Below, piece by piece: positions 1-9,558 of a stretch of 52,533 nt of DNA; within the stretch, counting starts at the first letter, position 1; each line of letters starts with the position of its first letter. Source of the stretch: a virus (Duplodnaviria > Caudoviricetes). The stretch lies in IMG/VR virus record IMGVR_UViG_3300014932_000216, positions 1 to 52,533 of that record. One strand, 5' to 3'. The translations under genes were made by a program, and so were the position numbers. The notes beneath the pieces were generated by a model. That model saw nothing but the letters and a program-made list of their open reading frames with translations, searched no databases and was not told the origin of the DNA.

Positions 1-643
1 CCTGTAGTTTTACCCCCGCCGCCGCCACTAACGGGGCATTTTCTCCGAAGGATGCGTTAAGTCCCTCCATTTTAGTTTTACCCTCCTTTACGGTGAGGAA
101 AAATGAATTGGCAATTTGATCGGCCGTCATTCCTTGGCTTTTGAATGACACCATTGCCGATGTTACAGCCTTAGTTGCGTCGGTAGCAGATGACAACCCT
201 GCAACGCTCAATTTTGCAGATGTTTCCAATACGCCCATTGCGTCCGCTGCGCTTACGCCGGAACTCCTGATTTGATAAAGCGACTCGGTTAGGTCGGATA
301 TTTTAACCGGCACCTTGGCGGCAACTTTCAAAACAGCATCGCCCATATCAGACATGCTTTCCTTTGTAGTATCTACCAGAGTTGCGACATTACCCATCTG
401 CTTTTCAAAGTCAATGGCCGCTTTCGTTGCTAACCCAAGTGGAATCAATAAAGCTGCTGCCATTAATGCAGAGTTCCCCGCAACGCTCATAGCCTCTGCG
501 GATGTTGCTTGGTACGATTGCCTTAGTTTGGCATTCGTCGCCATTGCTGCGGTGCCAAAACGAGTAGTGTCGCCGGTCATTTTATTGACCGGGCGGCTGT
601 ACTGATTTACGGCTGTGAATATGGTTGGAACAATAAACTGCAT
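1..643 (-). CDS. Tail tape measure protein, 5' part (continues at 52533)
   Basis: ATG at 643 overlaps the upstream TAA (TAATG). The frame is open to the window edge and reads ...FFLTVKEGKTKMEGLNASFGENAPLVAAAGVKLQ, a TP901-like core. It follows sheath, tube and chaperone. Confidence 0.85.
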   Translation of the reverse strand, partial: MQFIVPTIFTAVNQYSRPVNKMTGDTTRFGTAAMATNAKLRQSYQATSAEAMSVAGNSALMAAALLIPLGLATKAAIDFEKQMGNVATLVDTTKESMSDMGDAVLKVAAKVPVKISDLTESLYQIRSSGVSAADAMGVLETSAKLSVAGLSSATDATKAVTSAMVSFKSQGMTADQIANSFFLTVKEGKTKMEGLNASFGENAPLVAAAGVKLQ

Positions 644-849
644 TACTTTTTCCTTGTCAACTCCTTTACTAAGTCATACCAATAAAACAAACCTTTATAA
701 TCCTCCCTATCACAATAAAACCCGTCAATAACAGACGGGTTCCATTTAAAATAACATATCACAATCTTTATCGCGCCATCAATGTCAATTTCAATGTCAC
801 CCTCATCAACCAAGTTTGTTAGATAAAAAAAAGGCTGATACAGTCGCAA
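643..849 (-). CDS. Tail assembly chaperone C-terminal extension (gpT-like), probably reached by -1 frameshift
   Basis: Overlaps the end of 819..1238 in the -1 frame at a T8 run (825-832) and lies directly before the tape measure. Confidence 0.65.
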   Translation of the reverse strand: MRLYQPFFYLTNLVDEGDIEIDIDGAIKIVICYFKWNPSVIDGFYCDREDYKGLFYWYDLVKELTRKK

Positions 850-1238
850 ATATTCCTATCCTGCGGTTCAAGCTTATCGAGCATTCCGACCGGTTGCTCG
901 GTCAAAAGGCTAGCCACGGCAACGGTTTGGGTTGTTTGATTTTGAACCTTTAGCGCGGAAATTTTCTTATTCACTTCGGAAGGTTCCAGCCGCGACTTGT
1001 AAGTAAGCGTTTCCAGCGCATTTTCTCCGGTAACTTTATCCTTAATGGGGTCGATAAGAGTATGGGTGATTGTGCTATCGTTAGCAATGACAATAAATCC
1101 CAACGAAATGCCTTCCGCAACCGCTTCAACCGCCGGTGTCAACGTCTCCCTTCTTTTGGGTAGCATTCTTTTTTTATCGAGATATGCATTGACATCTTTT
1201 AGCGCTACTTCGTAATCAATTTTTATTTCAAAAGACAT
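819..1238 (-). CDS. Tail assembly chaperone (gpG-like)
   Basis: Lies between tube and tape measure and ends in slippery CTT TTT TTT ATC TAA. Confidence 0.7.
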   Translation of the reverse strand: MSFEIKIDYEVALKDVNAYLDKKRMLPKRRETLTPAVEAVAEGISLGFIVIANDSTITHTLIDPIKDKVTGENALETLTYKSRLEPSEVNKKISALKVQNQTTQTVAVASLLTEQPVGMLDKLEPQDRNICDCISLFFI

Positions 1239-1256
1239 GAGAGGTGGTATTTAGAG

Positions 1257-1658
1257 TTAGATTATTTGTAATGAACCGCCGCCAGCTACCTTGACGGGTA
1301 TTTTGCTATCCATGCCGGACGCGGTTAATGCGCCAACCGGCTTGCCTGTTATTTTATAAACAGTGCCGTTTATGTTTGTGCCTGTCCATACGCCAAATAC
1401 GGGGTCGCCTTGCAGGGCTTGCAGATTTTCGATAGTCCCATCTCCGGGACTCCCGGCCAATGTGAATGAAAGCGACGCCCGCTGCAATGTCATCTTATCG
1501 ACCATTACACCCTTCCCGGTTATCGCGGTATCGTCATCATCTGACATTATCGCGCCGAGTTGATATGTGCTATCCTCGCTGCCATACGGGTCAAAGGTGA
1601 ATGAACCAAGGGTAGGGTGGTTGCAGGTTATGTCCGTAAGTGATCCGCCGCTTGGCAT
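1257..1658 (-). CDS. Tail tube protein
   Basis: 133 aa, G/T-rich, directly after the sheath gene. Confidence 0.75.
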   Translation of the reverse strand: MPSGGSLTDITCNHPTLGSFTFDPYGSEDSTYQLGAIMSDDDDTAITGKGVMVDKMTLQRASLSFTLAGSPGDGTIENLQALQGDPVFGVWTGTNINGTVYKITGKPVGALTASGMDSKIPVKVAGGGSLQII

Positions 1659-1673
1659 AGAATGAATGATTTA

Positions 1674-3194
1674 TTAATTACTAAAATTTGAACCTGCCGC
1701 TACTGTTGTAGCCAAAATGTAGGCCGTACCCGTGCGCTTATACGACCATGTATTATCAAGCCGGTTGTTATTGCTAGGGTTGATAATAACGGTTACGCTA
1801 TTTTTTGAGAATGTATCGTCCGCTATCCACGCCTTTGTGACTATCTGGTCGATGTAGTCGAAAATCAACCCCTTTAATTGCTTTGGCTTAATGATTTTTG
1901 CCGCGTTCACATTATCGCTGTCCTTGCATATGGTCGCGCCCTGTACGTTGGTAATCTCAATCAACTTCAACCCATAGGCTATGTTAAAATCAATCATCAG
2001 GTTGCGCGCAAAGCGATATGCGGGCGTAAGGGTGCCGTCAAAGAATGTAGTAACGAATTGCTGAACCTTCCATTGATTCTGCTCAATGATAATAGTTGAA
2101 CACCCAGCCTGCACGTAGGTATCGCGTATGTTGTAATTCATCATTGCAGGAACCGTACCGGCGGGAGGTAATGGCATATCTGGGTAAACCTGTCCGTAAA
2201 CATCATCTTTAGGGTCGTTAGCCCATGTATTGCCGGAAAGAACAGCCATGTTAGCGGCTGCTTCGTAATGTTGCGCGGGGCTTAAAGGGGCTGGACAAAT
2301 AGCTATTGTACATTGTGCGCTACGAGGTGATGTAAAGCTTGTTGGGTCGTCATCTACGCTACCTGTAAGGGCAACAAACGGTTTGAATGTAATACCGGCG
2401 AATCTGCCAGTACCGCCGCTTTGCGCCGGGAATCCATTAGCCGCTTCAAGTGCTGTACAAACCGTTGCATTCTCGCCGTAGCAATTAATTATCTGAGTAC
2501 CCCATTCGCTACCGAATAAAGTAAGGGCATTTGTTACGCTCGGTGTTCCTACTCCTGCCTGAGTTTCGGCCACGGTGTAGGTAAGTGATGTAGATGGAGC
2601 CAAAGACGCATCCATAGTAAGCCCAAGCGTTTCCGCCGTCAGTCCATACCATTTGGTAGTGACGGTAACAACCGCGCCAGATGACGTAGCGGTTACGGGA
2701 CTTCCGGCAACTGCATTGATGGCATTTTTTATCTTTGTTGCAACTGCCGTAGCCGTATCGGCACTAGCGATATTCACCTGATAGTATGCGCCATCTACAT
2801 TATTGCGGCCACCTACATTTACGTAGTGTGTGCCGCCTGCTGTAGCCGGGCCGGTAACGGTAATAGTCTGAATCCTTGCTGCTGCGCTGTCCGCTTCGGC
2901 TTGTGGATAGGCATACACAGGAACATTCGTGCCGCCACCATTGATTGGGAATAAAATGCGGCAAACGGCATGAATTGGCGAACCTGCACCGTATAATGTG
3001 GCAGCCTGTGTCGCCGATGTGATTTGCGCCGGAGTGTCCGCCACCAATGCGCCTTGATTGGCGTGGTTGGCTTCGCCGAGAATGTTTATCCTCTGTGGCA
3101 GATTATCGGTAGTCGTATTGAAATTGCCGGAAGTGAGCATGTAACCCACCGCTGCGGCGATTCTGTTTTGCGATACCGAATTACTTACTGACAT
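1674..3194 (-). CDS. Contractile tail sheath protein (Mu gpL-like)
   Basis: 506 aa with LPQRINILG and QITSATQAATLYGAGSPIH N-terminal motifs and a sheath-like C-terminus. Confidence 0.9.
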   Translation of the reverse strand: MSVSNSVSQNRIAAAVGYMLTSGNFNTTTDNLPQRINILGEANHANQGALVADTPAQITSATQAATLYGAGSPIHAVCRILFPINGGGTNVPVYAYPQAEADSAAARIQTITVTGPATAGGTHYVNVGGRNNVDGAYYQVNIASADTATAVATKIKNAINAVAGSPVTATSSGAVVTVTTKWYGLTAETLGLTMDASLAPSTSLTYTVAETQAGVGTPSVTNALTLFGSEWGTQIINCYGENATVCTALEAANGFPAQSGGTGRFAGITFKPFVALTGSVDDDPTSFTSPRSAQCTIAICPAPLSPAQHYEAAANMAVLSGNTWANDPKDDVYGQVYPDMPLPPAGTVPAMMNYNIRDTYVQAGCSTIIIEQNQWKVQQFVTTFFDGTLTPAYRFARNLMIDFNIAYGLKLIEITNVQGATICKDSDNVNAAKIIKPKQLKGLIFDYIDQIVTKAWIADDTFSKNSVTVIINPSNNNRLDNTWSYKRTGTAYILATTVAAGSNFSN

Positions 3195-3213
3195 GGAAGA
3201 TAATTATTTCCAT

Positions 3214-3267
3214 GCAAGGTAAAATGAGGATAAGCGGGGGTAATATTTTAAGCCCTAGCGGGGCTAT
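3214..3267 (-). promoter_or_regulatory. Putative late promoter, copy 1 (tail operon)
   Basis: ATAGCCC-N5-GGGCTTAAAATATTACC-N17-TACCTTGC, with the same motif and spacing as 38008..38061. Confidence 0.65.
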
Positions 3268-3294
3268 TATTATTTAGCTGTAGTCGTTGAGAAT

Positions 3295-3699
3295 TTATTT
3301 TTTGACAAATTCGCCGAAAAATTTATTCCCCTTAATGCCCATGAACTCAATAAACTTAGCTTGTACTTCTGGTGATTTGTACTCGGTTATGTAATCAATG
3401 GGTGTATTCCGTTTTAAAAAATCATCCCTCTGATCCGGATTTAAACTGTCGGCATACCACTTAATTGAAGTTTCCACAATAGATATTTTCTCATCCGGCG
3501 CGGGTATGCGAGTTTCGTTGATTACGGAGAAGTCGTGGTCGTAAAACCGCTTATCTTCTCCGGCAATACGCCACATTAGATCAGACCCATCGCCATTATT
3601 ACAATACCACAATGCCGCCCGCCAGTGATCTCCGTAGAATTTAAGCTCATCGTCGGTCGTATCTATCTTCACCCAATAATAACCAGATTTGCGTTCCAT
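3295..3699 (-). CDS. Hypothetical protein (MERKxGYYWV family, paralogue of 5744..6097)
   Basis: Shares MERKxGYYWV and INETRIPxPDE blocks with 5744..6097. Confidence 0.7.
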   Translation of the reverse strand: MERKSGYYWVKIDTTDDELKFYGDHWRAALWYCNNGDGSDLMWRIAGEDKRFYDHDFSVINETRIPAPDEKISIVETSIKWYADSLNPDQRDDFLKRNTPIDYITEYKSPEVQAKFIEFMGIKGNKFFGEFVKK

Positions 3700-3709
3700 G
3701 TGGTTTGCT

Positions 3710-5707
3710 TTAACTCAATACAAAATTAACAAAATCAGTCCATGTAAATTCCTTTTCGCCCTGCTCCTTGCCAACACGAGCAACAATAATATCTCTTAAT
3801 GCCATCGCGTATATCCGGCAATCAAACATGTGATTCTGCACTACACTATTTTTCTTAGCCCACCGAAACAGACTACTGCCGTCTTTATTTTTTATCATAC
3901 TCCTGCTCTCCGCCTCGAAATGCGAAAAGTAATTTTCATACATATACAGTCCGTTGGTTGGGTTCGGGAAGTTCATGTAATTGGGCGGCTGTGTATCGTC
4001 TTTGCCGGATTCCCATTTCAGTTTCATATATTCCGCTAACTTGTCTTTGAACAAGCCAACTTGCAGGTAATACACGTCATTACGTGCGGCACCCACATTG
4101 AATAGCTTTAGATTGTCTCCGTGGGCCTTATATTTTTCCTCCCTGAATCCACGCACCCCGACGGTTGGATTTGCCGGGTATCTGCCAATTGTCCAGTCGA
4201 TAAACGGTTCGATATGCTCAGACATATGCCCCATATCTATACCGGGCGTGTTGACCTGATAAAATAACCCATCATCGCCCTTGTACCAATCCCTCATTAT
4301 CTTGTCCAATTCCGGCCACACACTATTTGGCCGGTTGTGTTCATACGTCCAATGCTTGCGGTCTGCCTTATTTGAACCTTCGCGGGGAATAAAAGTACCT
4401 ACGGATCCGTGGAGTACTGAATATGTAGCCCCGGTTTCACTATGTGCGAGTATCTCAAAATCAATTCTGGCATCATCTAGCGTACCGTTACCGTCCGTTC
4501 CCATTGTGAGTAACACAATGCGTCCGTTTCCGTCTTTTTTGCTTAATTCTACAGGGACAATGCCGGGAAGATAATCTCGGTAGTGCATTATGTCGGTCGC
4601 TTTAGGAGCTTCGGCAAGTTCCTGGTATGTCTCACCGAGGCATGTATTTACAAAAACCTTCCATTCACCCTCTTTTCGCGGTTCATTGTATGGGTTCGCC
4701 TCTACGTAGTTATTGACGTATCGCCACCAATCATACATGCCCAATGGGGCGTAAAGACTGGAAATATGGTAGCTGTAATAACCCTCCTGCGAAGGTATTG
4801 CGGTTGGGTTCCAATAACCATCATTCAATTGTTGGTGCTTATTGTTGTCCTTGAAAAATCCGGCGCACTTTTGGCAGATATACCCAACACTGCTTTTGAT
4901 CGGCTTATTCAAATCGTCGGGCTTCCAGTAGATGCCGCCACCTTCCGGCGTACTCCAAACAAGCTCAATGAATTCATGGCAATGCGGGCATGGTATTAGA
5001 AACTTTCTTTTGTCGCCAAGTTCATATGCCGGCTCAATATTGCTCGTCCCTTTTACCTGCGGCGTGCTTATGTAAAATATCTTATGGGTGTCAGCGTAAG
5101 ATGCAAACCGCTGCTCTATCAATTTTCGTATATCTCCGTCAGATTCGGACACCTTTTTAAAACGCTCGAAGTCGTCAAAAAAACCTATCTGCCAATCTAC
5201 CTGTGCAAAATTCTTGTGATTGTTTGCGCTGCCAAGCGTAACATATCCGCCGGGAAATTCTTTGAGTAAATTAGTGTCGCCGGATTTGTTGTTGCGGTTT
5301 CTGAGTGCTTGCGGCCTGATATAGTTACGCAACCCGCAACTATCAATCATCAAATCAACCTTCCCCATCGCCTTTTCTACGAGGTCGGGCGCGCCAACAA
5401 TAAAGGCAATATTAGCGGGATGGTTCTTTATCGCCCACCCGATTCCGGGGTAAATTACACCGCTCGAAAATCCAATTTGGGCTCCTTTCATTACGGCAAC
5501 CCATCTCGCCGGGTGGTCGGGCATCAGGCAATCGATAATCTCGCGGGTGTACGGTGTTTTGGAGTACTTGAACGGCCCCGGAAAGGGCTTTTGCATTATC
5601 ATATTCTGCTCAGTCCAATCGGACGGCTTAATATCAGATAGCAGGACGTTTCCGGCGTCAATTATGCTGTGAAGTTGCGGGATATATAGGTTGGAGTCGT
5701 TGAACAT
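3710..5707 (-). CDS. terL: Terminase large subunit, lambda GpA family
   Basis: TPYTREI, KGAQIGFS (Walker A), FFDDFE (Walker B), ISTP coupling motif, CPHC/CQKC zinc motifs and C-terminal NHMFDC nuclease motif. Confidence 0.93.
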   Translation of the reverse strand: MFNDSNLYIPQLHSIIDAGNVLLSDIKPSDWTEQNMIMQKPFPGPFKYSKTPYTREIIDCLMPDHPARWVAVMKGAQIGFSSGVIYPGIGWAIKNHPANIAFIVGAPDLVEKAMGKVDLMIDSCGLRNYIRPQALRNRNNKSGDTNLLKEFPGGYVTLGSANNHKNFAQVDWQIGFFDDFERFKKVSESDGDIRKLIEQRFASYADTHKIFYISTPQVKGTSNIEPAYELGDKRKFLIPCPHCHEFIELVWSTPEGGGIYWKPDDLNKPIKSSVGYICQKCAGFFKDNNKHQQLNDGYWNPTAIPSQEGYYSYHISSLYAPLGMYDWWRYVNNYVEANPYNEPRKEGEWKVFVNTCLGETYQELAEAPKATDIMHYRDYLPGIVPVELSKKDGNGRIVLLTMGTDGNGTLDDARIDFEILAHSETGATYSVLHGSVGTFIPREGSNKADRKHWTYEHNRPNSVWPELDKIMRDWYKGDDGLFYQVNTPGIDMGHMSEHIEPFIDWTIGRYPANPTVGVRGFREEKYKAHGDNLKLFNVGAARNDVYYLQVGLFKDKLAEYMKLKWESGKDDTQPPNYMNFPNPTNGLYMYENYFSHFEAESRSMIKNKDGSSLFRWAKKNSVVQNHMFDCRIYAMALRDIIVARVGKEQGEKEFTWTDFVNFVLS

Positions 5708-5743
5708 TTATTTATGCAAATTCCGTGTAGGTGTGGAGGGCCA

Positions 5744-6097
5744 TTAGATTAAATTTTCTAATTCCCGAATCTCAGCATCGGTAAATGTCACATCGCTGTC
5801 TGGGTGGTTATTGCATCCCGGAAAGAAGTTAGTACCCTCTGTTTGATATACATGATTTATATATTTTTTTAGAATTAACCTATAATCAAGAGATGTGACG
5901 AAGATTTTATTATTGGTATCGGTAAGGGGCGGATCCTCTTCATCCGGCGTGGGTATGCGGGTTTCGTTGATTTCTAATAGTTTAATAGGTTTTACACTAT
6001 GAAGCCCTATTCCATCAGCAAAATTATTCCCGTCAAAATGCGCTACATGCCATCCTGATAATGATCTCACCCAATAATAACCTTCTTTGCGCTCCAT
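5744..6097 (-). CDS. Hypothetical protein (MERKxGYYWV family)
   Basis: Paralogue of 3295..3699. Confidence 0.7.
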   Translation of the reverse strand: MERKEGYYWVRSLSGWHVAHFDGNNFADGIGLHSVKPIKLLEINETRIPTPDEEDPPLTDTNNKIFVTSLDYRLILKKYINHVYQTEGTNFFPGCNNHPDSDVTFTDAEIRELENLI

Positions 6098-6103
6098 AAT
6101 TAG

Positions 6104-6295
6104 TTATTCAATAATGATAAATTGCTTTCTCGCGTCTGCCATTTGCGCCTCGTTTGGTTCGTGTCCTAGCATCAACGCGATATGGTGTTTTGTAAGCATA
6201 GCGGTATGTGGCCCTTTGGTGCTACCTTGTTGTTTTAGCCATTCGGCGGCCTCGGCAAGTGCTTTATTCTGGTCTATAGGTTCTTTGCGCTCCAT
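6104..6295 (-). CDS. Hypothetical protein
   Basis: Co-oriented short ORF; its MERKE start is shared with the neighbouring gene. Confidence 0.55.
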   Translation of the reverse strand: MERKEPIDQNKALAEAAEWLKQQGSTKGPHTAMLTKHHIALMLGHEPNEAQMADARKQFIIIE

Positions 6296-6416
6296 GTGGT
6301 TTAGTTATGTTTAAAATAATCATTCATCCAAGCCCATCTTGCAAGGATGGCAAGTGCAATAAGTAGAAATAAACCTATTTTCTCGAAAATACTGGGCCAG
6401 TCGCGCTTCATATGGT

Positions 6417-6713
6417 TTAGTTTTTAAGACAGAAAATAACTTTTATTTCCTCGCGTGCTGGCAATCTCATTAATTCAGATAAATCCATCGGCGGCTGAAC
6501 TTCGCGAAAACACCTGCTACATATGCCAAGCGGCAGCCTCAACTCTTCAAAATAAAGCATAACATACTTCTTTTGTTTTGCCATATCGCCAAAAGTGTAT
6601 GGCTCTATATCTGTAATAGTAAGTATGTCGCCTTTGTTTGGATAATTAAAACCCCAATCCCTGCGAACATCGTCGAAATCTTCTATTGCTTGAACTAAAC
6701 TACCTATTTGCAT
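6417..6713 (-). CDS. Hypothetical protein
   Basis: Co-oriented 98-aa ORF. Confidence 0.6.
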   Translation of the reverse strand: MQIGSLVQAIEDFDDVRRDWGFNYPNKGDILTITDIEPYTFGDMAKQKKYVMLYFEELRLPLGICSRCFREVQPPMDLSELMRLPAREEIKVIFCLKN

Positions 6714-6826
6714 GCGGTTTGCTTTTTAAATAAAAAAATGCTCCTTGCCATCAATAATTAGAGAGAATGGGAGCTGATACTTGCCAGACAATAGGGCATC
6801 AATCCCCGCTGTAAATATTTTTGTGG

Positions 6827-7462
6827 TCATGTGGTTTGCTTTTTAACTGCGTAATCATTCACGATAATAACAACAGCGCGTTTACTCATCTCTGTCGCCT
6901 TGGTAATAGCGGTATTTATCCATTTCACGCTTTCACCTTTAGATACCGCCACATCTGCGCCAGATAGATCGTATTTCTTTGCCAGCAGCCTCAACCATTC
7001 GTCGAATTCATCCTTGTAAGCCTTAGATATGCTTTGGTTGTGTTGAAGAAAAACAGGCATAACGAGGGCGTAGGGGATAACTTCGCCCCGGATTTTCTCG
7101 GTCTTTAGGGCTAAAAGTTCTGAATTCCGTTCAGATACAAGCGCATCAAAGTGTTTTTTGTTCCTTTCGGAAATAGGGAGGGGTAAAATGCCGCTTTCGT
7201 CTGGCTCTCCTTCATATTCACTAGACGGCTCGATAAATGTTTCCTCGCGAGGTATTTGAACAGGTTTGGGTTTTAGCCCTTTATGCTCAGTCAATCCTTT
7301 AGCCTCCCGTTTGTTGAAAAAACTTACATTCTTTTCATGGTTGGTATCTATCATATCGCCGTCAGCAACAACAGAACCACGTTTTGGATTAATATAAACC
7401 ATCAATGCCCGGCGAGGCATATTACACTTTGTTGCAAACTGGTCTATCGTAAGAATTGCCAT
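6827..7462 (-). CDS. Probable terminase small subunit (Nu1-like)
   Basis: N-terminal HTH-like segment (LTIDQFATKCNMPRRALMVY), coiled-coil LKTEKIRGEVIP motif, and position upstream of terL. Confidence 0.7.
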   Translation of the reverse strand: MAILTIDQFATKCNMPRRALMVYINPKRGSVVADGDMIDTNHEKNVSFFNKREAKGLTEHKGLKPKPVQIPREETFIEPSSEYEGEPDESGILPLPISERNKKHFDALVSERNSELLALKTEKIRGEVIPYALVMPVFLQHNQSISKAYKDEFDEWLRLLAKKYDLSGADVAVSKGESVKWINTAITKATEMSKRAVVIIVNDYAVKKQTT

Positions 7463-7467
7463 TGTTG

Positions 7468-7475
7468 CAAATATA
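7468..7475 (-). promoter_or_regulatory. Bacteroidota -7 promoter element (TATATTTG) before the small terminase
   Basis: Exact TAnnTTTG match 5 nt upstream of the ATG, implying a near-leaderless mRNA. Confidence 0.55.
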
Positions 7476-7595
7476 CGAAGATTGTTGCAACATTACTGCA
7501 ACGCTTTTTGAAAAATATCGATACACCCAAACTTTCGAGAAGTTCCATACATTGCACCTATTGAAATATATTCTGGGAGTACCTATTGTTTTTTA

Positions 7596-8138
7596 TTAAG
7601 CCGCTATGGGATTCCTTTGCACTTTGCGCTTATTGTTCTGCTGCTCCTTCATTGTAGCCCATCGACAATTGAACGGCTCGTATATGCCGTCATTATTGCG
7701 TCTATCGAGGCTATGTAACTTTGTTGGTTTAACTCCCATATCCTTCACAAACATATCAAATGACCTCAGCCATCTATCGCATACTGTTATCCCTCTGCGC
7801 CCGTAATCATTATATTTTGGGTGTGATGGCTTCGTACACCTATATATCATGTTCTTCCATGTCCAGTAGAGAGGGTGTTTATATTTCGCATTTGGATTCC
7901 GAATATGAATTACATGAGCGCGACCCTTTTTTACGTACGGCCCTTTCTTAGGTAGATTAATGCACCCGCAGTGTTTTGCAGATTTACCGCGACTCGCATT
8001 AGATACATTCACTATGAAATTATTATGGCAATGCGGGCATTTTACGATTGCTGACCGCCTACCATGTATCATACCTAAGTCGGATATAACAATTAATGCC
8101 CCTAAAGTATCAGGTATTTTGTCTAATGTTTTTGGCAT
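7596..8138 (-). CDS. HNH-family endonuclease with N-terminal Cys motifs
   Basis: HPLYWTWKNMIYRC, YGRRGITVCDRW and SLDRRNNDGIYEPFNCRWAT motifs. Confidence 0.85.
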   Translation of the reverse strand: MPKTLDKIPDTLGALIVISDLGMIHGRRSAIVKCPHCHNNFIVNVSNASRGKSAKHCGCINLPKKGPYVKKGRAHVIHIRNPNAKYKHPLYWTWKNMIYRCTKPSHPKYNDYGRRGITVCDRWLRSFDMFVKDMGVKPTKLHSLDRRNNDGIYEPFNCRWATMKEQQNNKRKVQRNPIAA

Positions 8139-8478
8139 AACAATATATTTTTGAGTGTATTTCGTCCTTCGTCAACCCCAGAACCCCTTAGAAAACTGAT
8201 AATTTCGCGCAACCGGATTAACCGATGTTGTACTAATCTTTTTGAAGGCATTTTTATTGAAAAGAAAGGAAAGGACATAGAACCAACCACATTGCGCTCG
8301 GACATTACCCGTTTGCGTCGTTCGCCATGCGTTGTTGCACTGCTGCATAATAGGCACCTGAATTGGCAGCATCTTCTACCGTGATAGGGTCACAGAACTT
8401 CAAAATTACGCCAACTTTCTCCACAATTCCAAATAAAACATCCTCACCTGATCGATTTAATAAAATCTTTCACTTTTG

Positions 8479-8679
8479 TCATGGTGTTTGCTTTTTAAAT
8501 AGGTCAATGGCTTTTTGTGGGGTTTCCATTTGCAGCAATGAAAGTATATTATCAACATACTTACCATTAGGAACATCTTGCAGCAGCCTTGCAATCTTGA
8601 TTCGGGCTGTCATAATATCCTCGCTGAATATCTCATACAGCGCATCTACTTTCTTCTTACTTATGGTGTGTTTGTTCAT
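8479..8679 (-). CDS. Hypothetical protein
   Basis: Co-oriented ORF tightly packed with its neighbour. Confidence 0.55.
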   Translation of the reverse strand: MNKHTISKKKVDALYEIFSEDIMTARIKIARLLQDVPNGKYVDNILSLLQMETPQKAIDLFKKQTP

Positions 8680-8680
8680 G

Positions 8681-8929
8681 TCAGATTGTTTTAGTTAGTT
8701 TTTCGTAGGCGTCTTTCCATGCATCCTGCTCGGTAAATCCGTGTGAGATTATTTTGTCTAATATTGGCAACTTAAAGCCGAATACCCTATATCTGCGAAT
8801 GACATATAAACCCATTGCCAAAGCACAATAAGGATCGCGAGCAATGCAGGTTTCTGCATCAGGGTACACCTTCTTAACCTCGACCTCATAATTTATGTTG
8901 CTCATTTTGTGTGGTTTAAGTAAGGTCAA
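8681..8929 (-). CDS. Hypothetical protein
   Basis: Co-oriented ORF; the true start may be the second Met (MSNIN). Confidence 0.55.
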   Translation of the reverse strand: MTLLKPHKMSNINYEVEVKKVYPDAETCIARDPYCALAMGLYVIRRYRVFGFKLPILDKIISHGFTEQDAWKDAYEKLTKTI

Positions 8930-9076
8930 TGAATATTTTATCGACTCCCTTGTAATCTTTCTTTGCTCGTTTTACTATGTCGGCAACCAAGGCTACATAC
9001 TCCTTTGGTGTTAACTTTTTTTCTCCAGGAAGTAATCCTGAGTTCCATTCTTTACAAAGCTGTATGATGTGCCTTT

Positions 9077-9484
9077 TCATTTCTCATTTTGTTTTTTAAT
9101 GAATGAATCGTATTCCTGTTTTGTGTCGGGGAGCATAAGTGATTTATTGAGCCTAACCATATGCCGTAAATACTCATTGGGTTCCGACAAATCGAACGGA
9201 TGATTTTCAAACCATTCAACATGATATACCTTTCCGGTTGCTATACCTCGCAAATAGTCCGGCATATCCCCGATTTCCCGCCGTTCGTACCAAGGGATTG
9301 GGCGGAAGATGTGTGGGTATTTTTTTACAACATCTACGCCGTTTGGGCGACCTTCTAATCTACCTCGGAAAGTAAGAATATCGCCTACTTTATAAATAGC
9401 CTCGGGATATGGGTCGCTTCCGTCTTTTAGTCCGGCACATTCAACAATGTACCTCGGTATCATTAACTCTTCTACTGTTTTCAT
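9077..9484 (-). CDS. Hypothetical protein
   Basis: 135 aa with a KKYPHIFRPIPWYERR motif of the kind seen in phage accessory proteins. Confidence 0.65.
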   Translation of the reverse strand: MKTVEELMIPRYIVECAGLKDGSDPYPEAIYKVGDILTFRGRLEGRPNGVDVVKKYPHIFRPIPWYERREIGDMPDYLRGIATGKVYHVEWFENHPFDLSEPNEYLRHMVRLNKSLMLPDTKQEYDSFIKKQNEK

Positions 9485-9558
9485 ATCACTTTGTTTTGAA
9501 TGGTTTGATTAGTGTTAATGTTTGATTGTGTCGCCTACGTTTCTTTTTAATTGCGAGG

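Noticed and set aside
8290-8330. c-di-GMP-I riboswitch (GACGCAAA on the minus strand)
   Set aside because: The upstream GGCAAAC/GAAA stem and the tetraloop receptor are not evident.
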